IMG/VR virus record: IMGVR_UViG_3300010163_000004
Span: 8,935-72,934 of that record
Source of the DNA: a virus
Lineage: Duplodnaviria > Heunggongvirae > Uroviricota > Caudoviricetes
Direction: 5' to 3' (one strand)
DNA: 64,000 nucleotides
Shown here: piece by piece, positions 14,201 through 26,899 of the stretch
Layout: each line of letters starts with the position of its first letter
Position numbering within the stretch: the stretch's first letter is position 1
Translations under genes and position numbers: made by a program
The notes under the pieces: generated by a model
The model's database searches: none
The model's input: only the letters and a program-made list of their open reading frames with translations
Told to the model about the DNA's origin: nothing

Positions 14201-17200
14201 AGGGAAATTTTCATGATATTACTAGCGAGGCAGATTTTATTTAGTTGGGAATTAATAAGTTTGATCCCCACTCTTTAGTTAACACTACAGTATTAAATCC
14301 TCTACTAGCTAAATATAACGCACTTAATTATTTATATAGCCAGGAATTTCTGTTATCTACTGTAGGAAGTCATGTTAATCATCCTAACAAGAAAGCTAAT
14401 CAAATAGACTTCAATAACTTTGAAGCTATTATGAACGACGAAGCCAATAGATATTAGGCATAGCATAAACGTAACGTATCCATGACTGCAGCTATGCATG
14501 AATATTTACTAGGGCAGCTCACTGGTGTCCCTACCAATGCTAGAATAGCAGTTACATAGGATATTAACGATTATGTTTGTAATATTCAAGGTGATAATAC
14601 GGCAGTAAAACCTTTTGATGGTTCTACCTTTGTGAATCCATTTATGGTAGTATTGGAGAATAACTCTTTAAATGGGGAGCGTTCTGGAATACACAAAAAG
14701 CCTTTTATACATTTTTATGATGAAACTACTGGAACTGGTGGAATTATCAAAACAGCAGGCTTCGGATTAACTAATAGTTGGCTTAAGAACTCTCCATTTA
14801 ATGAAAGGATGATGAAGAAAATGACAGATATTGTTTGGTCTGATTAGAATGGAGAACCTATTTACATAGACATAACAAGGAGATATTAGGGCTAGTAGGG
14901 AGAACCTGATATTGACTATGGAAATATTTATTATACTTCACCTATCAAGAATCCAAATACTGGAAAATGGGAACATTAGTATAATTGTATAACTAAAATA
15001 GAATACTTAGGCAATGGTTCATATAATTTATACGAAACAATTGCTGCAAAGAACGGAAAACTGTTAGGAGTTCCTTAGCCAAGAAGAGTAGATGGCATAG
15101 ATACTAATTACAAAGTATGGAAGTATATTTTCCAAGGAATAAATAGCGTAAGTCTGAATGAAAATGGATAGCTTGCTGGATACAAAAACTTCGGAGAATA
15201 GTCTATATATAATACTGTTAAAGCTATTAATAGTTGCGGATTTTTGTTAAAAGGGAATAAGCCCCTAGATTAGAATAATTTTTATTAGCCCATGAAGCAC
15301 TCTGATATTCACTATCTGGTGACTGAAGGAGCTATCAAATAGGGAGCTGCCAACTATAATACTAAAAGTATGTACTATGATAGTATTCCATTTAATAGTT
15401 ATTCTATATAGTTAGCATAGGCTGGAATCCAGTTGGACAAAGAGCATCATGCTGATGATTCTGAAATATCAATGATGACATAGGTAGTAAGTGCCTGTGC
15501 GGCATTAGGATATACTTGGGATGAATCAAATAAAATGTATCAAGCTCTGTATTCTCTAACGAAATAGGGGATAGAACCCCTAGTAGATTCCCTTAGAGAA
15601 GAATTAAACTCTTCTGAAAGTAACTCCAAATTTTCAAAGACTTTAGCTAATCTTTTAGTTAAATAGCTTGCCAATGGTAATAAAGCGAAGGATGGAATTA
15701 TTATGGATGTGGTAGCAAACCTTATAGATAAGTATAAAAGAGGAGAAGAAATAACTGATGATGATATTAGGAAAAACCCTATCCCAGTAAGTGATCCGGT
15801 ATTGTATAATAAAATAGGATCTATGCTCTCTTCAATACTTACTAAATCTGCTATTAAATTAAAGTTTAAAGGAATTTTGTCTGTGCTAGTACCGTCTCAT
15901 GAGACTATAAAACTATACGGAGGAAAGCTAAAATCAGAATTTGTAAATTTTGAGGAAGAAATAAAGGAGTTACAGGCTTAGTAGCCAGTTATTGGAATTT
16001 AGGATGTTTAGATGAATAGAACCTATTTTGTAGTTGATGCTGAAGGAAATACTATAGACAAGGTTCATGTACAAGGCCCTGTTACTGGTAAGGATGTATA
16101 TGGAGATCCTTCTTTAAAATATATTGGATACTATGATTTAAAGAAACTGTATCCTAATTATTCATTTGTAGAAGATATAACTAATGGTCGGAATTTAGGC
16201 TCATACTTTTTTACTTTTATTGGAGACGATGGAATAAAGTATAATATGTATGACTTAGCAGATTCTTATAATATATATACATAGCAGGAAGGGGCCTCTA
16301 GAAAAGCTCTTCAAGAGACTCTAAAAAATGTCAAAGAGGGGGAGGTTGTAAAAGTATTCACTGGAAATGAGTATAAAGATGTAGTCATTAACAATTTACA
16401 AGTATAGCCTTATGAAGTTATAATGCCTAAAACAATGGCTTCACAGTTAGGACTTACTCAAGAAGATTCTGTAGATTCTCTACTAAGAGACTAGAACATA
16501 TTCAAAAAGAAATTGATTAAAAATCTAGCTATTGGAATTACAGATGAGAGAGCCTATACTGTGGCTTTAAAGAGATTAAACGGACAGCACTTTTATATAT
16601 TAAGTAAATAGTAGTTTAACAAACTACATCCGGAATTAAAGAAAATTTAGACTTACCCACCAGAAGTAGATGCTATTTCTGGAAAGATATATTAGACTGA
16701 TATTAATGGAGAAAGACAATATGAACTATCTTCATTAGAAGATGATACATATATCATTGATGGACAGTACGTTATTGTAACCGATAATGTGGGCTTTTAT
16801 TTAGACACTTTTAACTATAACATCCCTTAGGTATCTAGTAAAGTTGATTCAGTATAGTTAGGTAGGATACTTCGTCACAAATCTAAAAATAAATCTTTTA
16901 GAAGTTGGATTAACACTGTTGGTAAGGATATTACTATAGCTAGGCATAGAAATTAGTAGTTGAGTAATATAGAGATAAATTAGGAAGGAAACTTTGAAAG
17001 TAATGGACAATTAGTAGAAGCTTAGACTTTAGATATTATAAACTACTTAGGAAATGAATTATATACTTCTTTCAAAAAGTCTTTAGATATAATAGCTGCC
17101 CGTATTCCAGCTCAATCAATGTAGTCATTTATGCCTATGAAAGTTGTAGGATATGAAGATTTTGACATAAATACAGCATATGTATCTACGCATCAAATAT

Positions 17201-20196
17201 GGTTGCAGGGTTCTGACTATGACATTGATACAGTATCATTGTTGACTTTTGAGTTATTAAGAAATGGAAAATTTGCAGGATGGTCGCCCTATTTTGACCT
17301 ATCTTCGGAAGAGTCTTTAAGAATATCAACTAGATTAAACTATCCTACTGGTGAAAAGATCAAAAGAATAGGTATTAGGGAGGCAGTTAAAAATGAGGAA
17401 GGGGTAGGAGACGGAGATAAATTTGCATCTTATATTGTTAACTTATTTTCTTCATATGATTTTAAGATGGTTAATAATATGCCAACTCTATTTGAAAGAA
17501 AAGACACCTTATAGAATAGGGTGGAATTAATTAATCGACTATCTAAAGAGGGATTATTAAAGTTTTCAGACTTGTCAGATTTAGGTAAATAGAAGGCTGC
17601 AGATATATTCAATTAGGAATTTAGTTAGAAATTTACTTCAGAGTAGCTAGAGTTTTTATTTGAAGAGCTTGCTGTTATGGTCAATGATCATAATTTATAT
17701 TCTAACAATTAGGAAGAGTATACTAAGAACTATGTGGTGTAGCAAATGATTGATATTATTACTAATCCAGTAAATTAGATGTAGGCTACCATGTCTGTAG
17801 ACTAGACTACCGATAGGCCAAAAAAGATGGCAGAGAAATCGGAAGCTGGTAAAGCTTTGAAGTATGCAACTCCAGGAAATGTTGCTAATATAATGTAGGC
17901 AATAGAAGATAACTATACTGGTAAGGAGGTTATTGGTATTTCTGCAGTTGGATTAAAATCCTTCTTTGCTATTACGTAGTATACTAATACTCTCTTAAGA
18001 CAAGGGAACCTTAAACCTCTATTCAATAAATCTATTATATTTAATGGAAAGGAATATTACACTATAGCTAATGCTAATCCTGATCTAGCTCCGTAGACTT
18101 TAGAGAATTTAGAGTTATTGTAGAGAATAGCAAATGCAGATGATGCAGCCCTTGAGATATCTGCATTGTTATCATTAGCCACAGATAATGCCAAAGAATT
18201 ATGTTTAGCTAAATTAAATGCTAACTCTAAGATGGCAGACATGTATATTTATGGCCTATCTATGGGTATCCCCTATGAAGAATTAGGTAAAGTGCTTATG
18301 TCTCCAGTGGGAGATGCTGTAGCATCTATGTTAAAGGGAAGTATTATTAGTGATAAGCTTTAGTTAAACTCTATTGATGATGTTATCAAATTCATGAGTA
18401 ATCCTATTAGCTCAATACTTGGCTCTTTCAGTACCGAATATCTAGTAGATACCGCCGGAAAAAAGACTGGAGTAAATATTTCTACAGCTATTAGAAAAAG
18501 TACTAAGGGAGTAGAAAAATGGTTGAATGACCTGATGAAGTCCTTATATGGAGAATTAGATGATTTTGGCAATTATATCTAGAAGAAAACTATTAATGAG
18601 GTTATTAATGAGTTAAATAATTTCAGAAATAGAGCTATAACTAATTATAGTAATACCGTAAGAACTGACCTTGTCCAAAACAAACAGTTGGCAAATAAAG
18701 TTATAGACTAGATTATTGACGGTCTTATAGTTTATGACAAGGTATGGAAGAACGGTCCTCAATTATTTGAAAACCTTGTTACCTTACATAAGGGGGCAGC
18801 GGAGTTTAACAAAATAGGTTAGTTACTAGGAGTTAATTAGGGAGTAAAAAATAAGGAAGAAGATTACCTAAATTATGTAAAGAATATAGAAAATATTGTT
18901 CCTAGTAAATTAGACTTTATTCAGTTCATGACTAACCCTGAATACAGATAGGCTAAAATTGATGAATATGAAAAGATTAAAGTTAGCTTTAATCCATTAG
19001 CTATTATAACCACAGTTCCACATTACTGGGGATATTCTTTAGCAGCATTTGAAAAGCATGAAGCATATATGAAGAGTTCTATTAAGTATAGGACTATTCA
19101 TGATTATATAAACGTTGGGTATTAGTATGGTACTGATACTAAGGGTACTATCCAAGGAATTTCCAATCTATGTAATAATAGATTAGTTAATAATTACTTA
19201 AGTTCTTTAGAGTTTGTATTGCCAGCTGGATCTACTTTAATATACTTGCAAGATAAAGATACTCTAATAAAAACTTAGACTTCTAAGGATTTGCCTATTA
19301 GATTAGGAACTATTGGAGGTAATGCTACCTTTAAAAATTGGGTAGAAAAATAGGTAATACCAGACTTAAAAGCTGGATATAATTCTAGCAATAGAGATCG
19401 TATTAATATAGCTCTTAAAAATAATGAATTTATAAACTCATTAAGGCCAAATATATATTCTAAAAATGCTAGTAGAAATAATTCAATATCATATACTACT
19501 ACTATTAATATGTCTCCAATTTCTGAAGAAGATAGATTAACGCTAGGAAGATTCAGATAGAGCTTTGATTCTATTAATTCTAGCTATAACGGAATACCTA
19601 TCAAAGATATTCTATACTGGTACAATCTTATTTCTTATGGAGGAAAGTCTGGACAAAGTACCCTAACTAGTATTTTTGATAATTATGTAAATTCTGCTGA
19701 ACCTTCTAAGTTTAGAGAAGAGACCTCTAAGCTGGATACTAGTGGAGATAGTTTCTAGCTATCTAATGAAGAATTAGCTACCTGGCTAACTCCTATAACT
19801 AGTAGTAGGAGAGGAAGATTTAGAAGAAGAAGAAATAAGGAGGAATTAAGAACTGACTTGATTTAGATTCTGCGAGATGAAGACGGAATATTTACTGGAG
19901 AATAGATATATAATAATTAGGATAATATTGACTATAACGTTATATTAAGTATTCCAACTCGAGGAGACCTAATAGAATTACCATTTAATGAGGGATCTAT
20001 AACGGTTAATACTGTTACTAGAACCATTATGGATATAAAAACAGATAAGTTATAGGGAGAGCAGCTAACGAAGGTAAAGAAGTTCTTGGCATCTCACTCT
20101 AATTTATATATAGACTACGATCCTAATATTAGAAACTATAAAATAAATACAGATATATTAAACAAATATATAGACAATCAAATAAACTGTAAATGA
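11203..20196 (+). CDS. crAss-like single-chain virion RNA polymerase (beta- and beta-prime-like regions), 2997 aa, TAG=Gln
   Basis: Open with TAG=Q from ATG 11203 to TGA 20194-20196. Motifs: PSVNSDKS, QAQHKRNVS, DGSTFVNP, GAIKQG, GIQLDKEH, ARIPAQSMQ, catalytic GSDYDID (DYDID 17215-17229), GKEVIGISA, LATDNAKE. Confidence 0.92.
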
Positions 20197-21128
20197 GTAT
20201 ATGTATAAACAAAAATTCTGTAGAGTTCAGGGCGCTAGAGTAGCGTTCTGAACTTCCAGAATCTTATTTAGCGGCCGTATGTGCAGACTTTCAAGAAAGA
20301 CTCAATAGATTTCCCCACCTTGATGAAATTAAGGGAGCAGACTCTTCAAATTATTTAATAAAGGAATTAAATATCAAGCGTGGAATTGCGAAAGAATAGT
20401 AGATTTACAGGCTTACTGGGAAAAATAATTTACAATCTTCGTAGGCATGGGTAAATGATAATTTTAGAGATCTAGAAGTAGAATTTTCTCCATTTTTTGA
20501 TGATATTAAGGTGTATATTACTCATAGACCTATTACTCAAGAAATCTCTACTCCTGTAAATCATTCTAAAGTAAATGATACTCTAGTTGTAGAGGAAATC
20601 ATAAGTAAATTGCAAGATGTATACGGACTACCAGTAGAATCTGTTATAACGGAGGATTTGAATGAATATAGAGAATCTCCGATTTTTTCGGAAGGTGGAA
20701 TAACTTATGTAAATGCAGACGCTATTACCTTAGACACTCCAGTAATAGAACTGATTCCTCTATTAATTACTTCACTCCATGGCACAGAACTTTATGATAA
20801 GCTAATTAAAAATAATGAGAAAGAATTTTCTAAAGAATTAAGAAATAGAATAATAGATAAAAGCGAAAAATTATAGTTTCTTCCAACCAATGTATAGTAT
20901 GAGTTAATGTATAATATGAAGCGCACATTAGATTCTATTCTAATGGGAGAATCTAGTATTAGAGATATTAATAATGATATATTATTTAATAGTACTTTAA
21001 GGTCACTTGCCAGAATGGTTAACTCTAAAATTGATGTCTCTAATTCTAATATACCAAGTCTGGATTTGGAAGAAAAACACAAATAGTTAGTAGAAGAAGG
21101 AAAGGTAACTGAATATTGTCATGTCTGA
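20193..21128 (+). CDS. Virion-associated protein with degenerate zincin-like region, 311 aa, TAG=Gln
   Basis: ATGA overlap upstream and TGA 21126-21128. GITYVNADAITLDTPVIELIPLL resembles the xIYINxxxxxxDTPxHExxH pattern with both His replaced. Confidence 0.8.
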
Positions 21129-24100
21129 ATGTATATATAAATTTAAAGACCACGAATTTAGTAGTAAGAAGGAATATGAGAACTTTCTACTACAAAAAGG
21201 AGACGAACTGTACGAAATCTATGGAGATTTAGTATTTAATGCTTTAGATAGCGTAATAACTTAGGAAGCTCTAAAGAAAGTTAAAGCAGAAGCTCAAAAG
21301 CATGTTAAGGCTTATGCTGAGGCTAAAAAAGTGTACTAGGATGGAGAAGATAATCTAGAATTTAAGCGCCCTTATATCGGCGTAACAGAATTTCTTGCAG
21401 ACCTTACTAATTCTAAAGACTAGCTTTTAATGCCTTCTTTTAGAGAATTTGAATATTGGAGAAGACGTATTAAGGACTGGAAAGATCCTACTAAAGGATT
21501 TAATAATGACGAAATAGAACTGTTTGGGAAGAATGTAACTATTACAGATAATATTAGTGAAGACTAGCTAAAGGAGTATTTAGATAATTTTGATAATAAT
21601 TCAGAAACTACTAGTTAGACTTTAGGATTAATCAAACAAATGAAGGATAAGTGGAAGGCGTAGGGTGAATTAGGTACAGAGATCCATAGTATCTTAGAAA
21701 TGCTTTTCAGAACTACAAAGGCTGGATTACTTATCACTTAGAATAATAAAGCTATTAAAAGCTACATAAACTTATAGTATAAAGATAAAAAATTAAAATA
21801 GGATACTATTAATAGTATAATTAAATATGGAAAAAAGTTACATGAAGATTTAATTAATACATATGGTCATAATCTAACTTTTTTTCCTGAGTTTAAAGTA
21901 GTTACTAAGCTAGGATATGAGATCGAAGGAAAGGGGGATACCATCTTAGGAAAGATAGACTTATTAGTTGTTGACGGGGATGGATATGCTCATATTATTG
22001 ATTATAAAACATCTCCCAAAGATTCCTTTGATTCTGCTAAATAGAGAGCTTTTTGGTATCAGATGGGATTATATCATAGAATGATTGAGAATGCTGGAAT
22101 TAGAGTTAATAGTCCATCGCCTAAAGTTATTGTTGCTCCCATAAAAATGCATAATTTTAGGCAGGAGGGAGACACTTGGGTATTTGACACTATTTCAGCT
22201 AGGTTAGGAGAATCTACTTTGGAAGACATAACTACCAGAGCAACATTAAATGAGGTTGCTGCTAATATTGATGAATTCATTCCTCCTACCCCAGTTATTG
22301 ATTTAACTCCTAAGGAAATTGTAGCTAATGTTTAGTAGATAATGGAGTCTTCGTTTCCTAGTATAAATATGAGCAAGACTTGGGGAGACGAAGAAATAAA
22401 ATCTATGATGGAAGGGAATATTGAGTAGGACCCAGAATCTAAGAAATGGATATTTAAAACTGAAAACTCTAAGATTCCATATACTGCTAACACTTAGGAA
22501 GAACTTTTTGAAAAAGTTAAAAAGTTCTATTAGGAAACTCTCCCAAAAAAACGCAGAGACATGGTAGCCTCTGTGGAAATGGCCTTGAAGAAAGGCATAA
22601 AAGAAAATACTAGTCTAGTTCCTTTACCAAAATAGGGAAATATTAATGTTAAACAAGGAGCTTCCGCAGAATGGTTCTAGAATCTAATGGGTAAGTACTG
22701 TAGGAACTATTATGAAATTATAGAAAATGAAGCAATAAAGGCTTATGGGGTTATTCTACTAAGAAACAAGCTCAACGGGTAGATTGATATATTGAAAATT
22801 ACTACCGACAATCTAGATTATTCTCATAAGTTTAATAAATCTAGTAGAAGATAGTTATTAACTGGGGCATTTGAAGTAGATAGTGTATAGGCTAGGAAAC
22901 CTGGTTCATTGGCTATGAAAGCTACTAATGGAAACATACACTTGATGGAGACAATGGCAATCCTAAACTGTTTGCCTGAGATAACCTCTAAAGAAGGAAT
23001 TATTGGAAATATACTTGTAGCCAATCCTCATTCTCTACAAGGTACAACAGCATCAAATGAAGAATTAGTCTACAATTTTGGAGAGTTAGTATCTCACATT
23101 GATGGGTTTTAGAATAATATCAAGAATATTAAGTTTGCAAATAAAGTAGAATTAGCTAAAAATAAGCTTAGAGAGGCATTAGAGCTTGGTGCTATCACAC
23201 ACTGGGAAGAAGACAAGTATAAGTTTGTAGGAAAGTATAAAGATTTATATACATAGTTGGATGAAGCAGTCTCTACTAATGACAGAAGAGATATTCTTAG
23301 AAAATTGGAGGCAATTAGAAAAAAGTTAGAAGAGCCTAATGGAGGTTTAAGAACTGAATAGATAACATCGTTAGATACTTATAGTGAGGAAGGAAATGAA
23401 TAGAGAACTCTATATAACCATATAATGTTAGCTATTGCTGAAATATAGGGAGTGCAATTTAGACAATAGACTAAAGATAATGAAAAGTATCTTGAGAGTA
23501 TGAATATATTCAACAATGGTGTTAAATCTCTAATGCTAGATAATCCAGGAAATCTAGATAATGCTACTCTAAATAAATTAACTTCTCTTATTACTGAAGC
23601 TTATTAGAATACCCGTGAGGATATGATGAGAGAAACCCCAATTATTAGAGAGCTAGTAGAAGAACTAAAGAAGAGTAAAGGGTTTGGAAAACTATCAGAA
23701 ATGACTATTGGCAATTAGGCAAACTTGTACAGAAATATGATAGAATATAAAGACGGCGATATTTTATTTAAGAACCCTTGGAGTAACAAATTCTCAGGCA
23801 CTGAATAGGAAAAGAAATTTCTTAAATATGCCCTCACTAAGATAAATTAGGACCGATTTGGAACCGATGAACTAGATGAAATGATAACTACAGAAGATGT
23901 TAGATTCTTTAGAGTTCCTTTAGCTGTAGGAAGTTTATCCTCATAGGCTTCTTAGTTAGGAAGTATTACCGAAGCATTTAAAAAGAGATTAGTTAGTAGA
24001 TTAAGCCCAAAAAGATGGTGGGAAGAAACGCAGAAATAGTTTCTAGGAGTATTCTCAGATGTCTAGAATCCTTCTTCTGAAGGAGAACTATTTCAGATGA

Positions 24101-25830
24101 ATAATATGTTTGATGCTGGGAAGAATACAGAGTAGAGATTAGAGAAGATTGCAGAGAAGGGATATGATTATTTTGAAAACAACCTAGAAACTTTATTACT
24201 AAAGCATATATTTGCTTATTCTACTAAGAAAAACGTTGACTTAATTATGCCAATGGCTAAAGCATCAATGATTCACGTAATTACTTAGGGATAGTTAACT
24301 AATAAAAAGTTTACTAATACTGCCAATTATATTACAGATTATATAAAGTCTCATATTAAAAATGAATCTTTAATTCCTGAAAATCAGTAGAACCTTAATG
24401 CTATTATTAGCAGAATTAAAAATGCTGCATCATTCTTGGTACTAGGATTTTCTCCTATTTAGTATGGTTATTAGATGATATAGGCTCTCTGGACTGATAT
24501 AAGATTAATGTATTAGGGAAGAGGAGATGAAGATACTCCTTTCACTTTTGAAAATTTTGCATTTGCTTTTAAAGAAGTTTATAGAGAACTATTTACTCTT
24601 GGAGGAAAGCCTACTAAATGTAGTTTACTAAATGATATGTTTGCCATTAATGATAGAGATATGAATACCTATGCAAAATAGATTAAATCAGATAGGTACG
24701 GAATATTCAATATGTCTAATATCGCCTTTTATTGTACTAGTAGACCAGATTATTATAGTAGAATGTCTATATTTGTCACTTAGTTAAAATAGGATGGTAG
24801 TTACGATGCCTATGAAAAAGTTGGAAACAAACTAGTATATGATTGGAAAAAGGATAAACGCTTTGAAGCATATGCTAATGGAAGAACTGACGATCCTAAA
24901 TATAATGAGCAAAAAGGGTTATATTACGCTATAGCTGAGCAGTTAGAGATAGAGCATGCTAAAAATGCTGATGGTAGTTTATTTTAGGTTGGGCAACCCT
25001 TACCTAAATCTCATACAAACCAGTAGATCGAGAATTTCAAGTCATTAGCTGACGATATTTATGGTTACTATGCTCATGAAAAGAAGGCAATGGTTCATTC
25101 CTATACCCTTGGAGCTTTGTGGATGCAAATGAGGACTTTCTGGTCTGGTAAGAAAAACTAGTATTTAGGAGGATAGGGTATTAAATTAAAAGGACACTAT
25201 GCTCAATAGAAAGACTCTAATGGCAATTTGTTATATCTTACTGAAGAAAATGGTAGAATGGTGCCAACTACAGAAAATACTGGAGTCCCAGTAGTAAAGT
25301 GGGAGGGAGAATGGTAGGAAGGAATTATGCTAACCTTATCATAGTTAATATCTGGAACCTTCCAAGGAGATGGGTTAAAGCATACTTTCGAAGATATGTG
25401 GTATAATGAGGATGAGAAGCTTAGAAATCTCTATAGAGCCAATTTACGACAAATCTAGTATGATATACTAATGTTCTTTATTGTTGGCACTCTTGTTACT
25501 GGAGCTTTAGCTGGCTGGGATGATGAAAATATGAAGAAAGCTAAGAATTCTAGAAATATAGACGATGCAGCTATAGCAGCTGCTGCTCATATGGCGTGCA
25601 AGATGGTAAGTTCGTCTTTTTTAGACCTTAACTTTATTGAATCTATTGGAGGACCACTAGTTTCTTGGCAACCAATGTCATTTAGTTATTTTTCTAGAAG
25701 AGCTAAAGATATATATAATACAGCATTTGGGGATACTTCTTTTACTGATGCTCTTATTAAAATGTCTTCATTAATAAATAATACTAAGATATTTTGGAAT
25801 ATTTTACTTCCTGAAAAGGAGTAGGAATAA
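21121..25830 (+). CDS. Giant virion protein with PD-(D/E)xK (RecB/Cas4-like) nuclease domain, 1569 aa, TAG=Gln
   Basis: ATG 21121 overlaps the upstream stop by 8 nt and the frame is open to TAA 25828-25830. Motifs GTEIHSILE, FPEF, GKIDLLVVD, IIDYKTS, YQMGLY (about 21660-22075). Hydrophobic segment near the C-terminus. Confidence 0.88.
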
Positions 25831-25886
25831 AAAAAAAATAGGGAGAAACATAGACTTTATTGTCTACGCTTCTCCCTTTATTATTT
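25829..25886. terminator. Bidirectional intrinsic terminator between the convergent blocks
   Basis: A-tract, then GGGAGAA...TAGAC/GTCTA...TTCTCCC stem (25841-25876), then TTTATTATTT. It lies between TAA 25830 (+) and TAA 25885 (-). Confidence 0.8.
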
Positions 25887-26454
25887 ACCAAGTATTGTAA
25901 TCAGTTATGTTCTTACTCTCTTTACACACATTACATTTAACAGATTTACCTACACCTATTCCACTATGTGTAAATGTTACTGAACATCCACACGCCTTTA
26001 TTCCCTTATGTAGTTCATAATGTTGTTTTTGAAATTCGGCATATGCATTCGCCTCCTTCTCATTCAAACTATAAGAGATAGCACTAGGTTTAAATATATT
26101 AGATATACAAGCAGTACCATCAGTACTAATAACAAATCCAGAAAAAGTTCCTTCTTCCTTTTTGTCCTCGTTAATCTGCCGAATCCTTTCTTTGCAAATA
26201 TGGATAATCTTCTCGTAATCCATTATTCTGGCATCCTCTTTAGACTTACCAGGTTCTTCTTTAGTCCTTAATATCCTCTTTACAATATCTGCATCCCATG
26301 GATTCAGATTATATTCTTTCCATATATGCCAAGGTTGGATTAAATGAGTACTATAATCAGACTTTCCTATATGGTAACTTTGACAACTGTTCTCCGTGGC
26401 CTTCAAAATACCCAAGTTCTCTAAGTGCTCTATCTCTCTCTTGTTTTGCTTCAT
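25885..26454 (-). CDS. DUF3310-like protein with C-terminal Cys (Zn-ribbon-like) domain; start uncertain (26454 or 26535)
   Basis: SYHIGKSDYSTHLIQPWHIW...WDADIVKRILRTK, plus C-terminal CGC...GIG...KCNVC...ITDYNTW. Confidence 0.7.
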   Translation of the reverse strand: MKQNKREIEHLENLGILKATENSCQSYHIGKSDYSTHLIQPWHIWKEYNLNPWDADIVKRILRTKEEPGKSKEDARIMDYEKIIHICKERIRQINEDKKEEGTFSGFVISTDGTACISNIFKPSAISYSLNEKEANAYAEFQKQHYELHKGIKACGCSVTFTHSGIGVGKSVKCNVCKESKNITDYNTW

Positions 26455-26899
26455 CAATTGTATTAAATCGTCCTCTGTTTTCATACCTATTTCCATTTTT
26501 AATTCTAACAACCCATCTACCTGTTTGTTTGTCATAAGATACCCCGGTAATCCCAGAAATGTTATCTCTCCTTTTGGGTTTATTTTTGCTATTTTCTAGA
26601 GCTGTTGCGAGTCTTAAATTATTTATTCTATTATTATAAGTATCTTGGTCAATATGATCTATTTGTTGATTAGGATATTCATGGTAGATATAATACCATG
26701 CTAGCTTATGTAAAAAATACTTAGTTTGATTATAAGTGAGACATTTATACCTACTTTTGCAGTTAGCTCCTATAGGTTTGTTTAAATCTCTATGAATTTT
26801 ATTTACTATCCAATAAAATTCTCCTGTATTACTATCATATCTTACTTCCTTTAGCAAGCTTCTCAAATCATCAGAGTCTTCCTCTTGATTATATTTCAT
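26357..26899 (-). CDS. Free-standing HNH homing endonuclease with AP2-like DNA-binding domain
   Basis: HKLAWYYIY...IDHIDQDTYNNRINNLR (HNH_3 pattern) and SGITGVSY...W...GRFNTIDEAKQERD (AP2-like). Confidence 0.88.
   Translation of the reverse strand: MKYNQEEDSDDLRSLLKEVRYDSNTGEFYWIVNKIHRDLNKPIGANCKSRYKCLTYNQTKYFLHKLAWYYIYHEYPNQQIDHIDQDTYNNRINNLRLATALENSKNKPKRRDNISGITGVSYDKQTGRWVVRIKNGNRYENRGRFNTIDEAKQERDRALRELGYFEGHGEQLSKLPYRKV

Noticed and set aside
2851-23024. Minus-strand ORFs within the + block (e.g. 2851-3060, 6397-6588, 10786-10998, 12153-12353, 17430-17612, 20792-21082)
   Set aside because: They are antisense shadows of long coding frames and show no motifs.
1926-25824. Short + strand ORFs from the track as separate genes
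   Set aside because: They are inter-TAG fragments of the six long genes and share their frames.
1-25830. Pseudogene graveyard or non-coding DNA
   Set aside because: Only TAG interrupts the frames, never TAA/TGA, over up to 9 kb. Catalytic motifs are intact and genes abut with ATGA overlaps. Random decay would not produce this.
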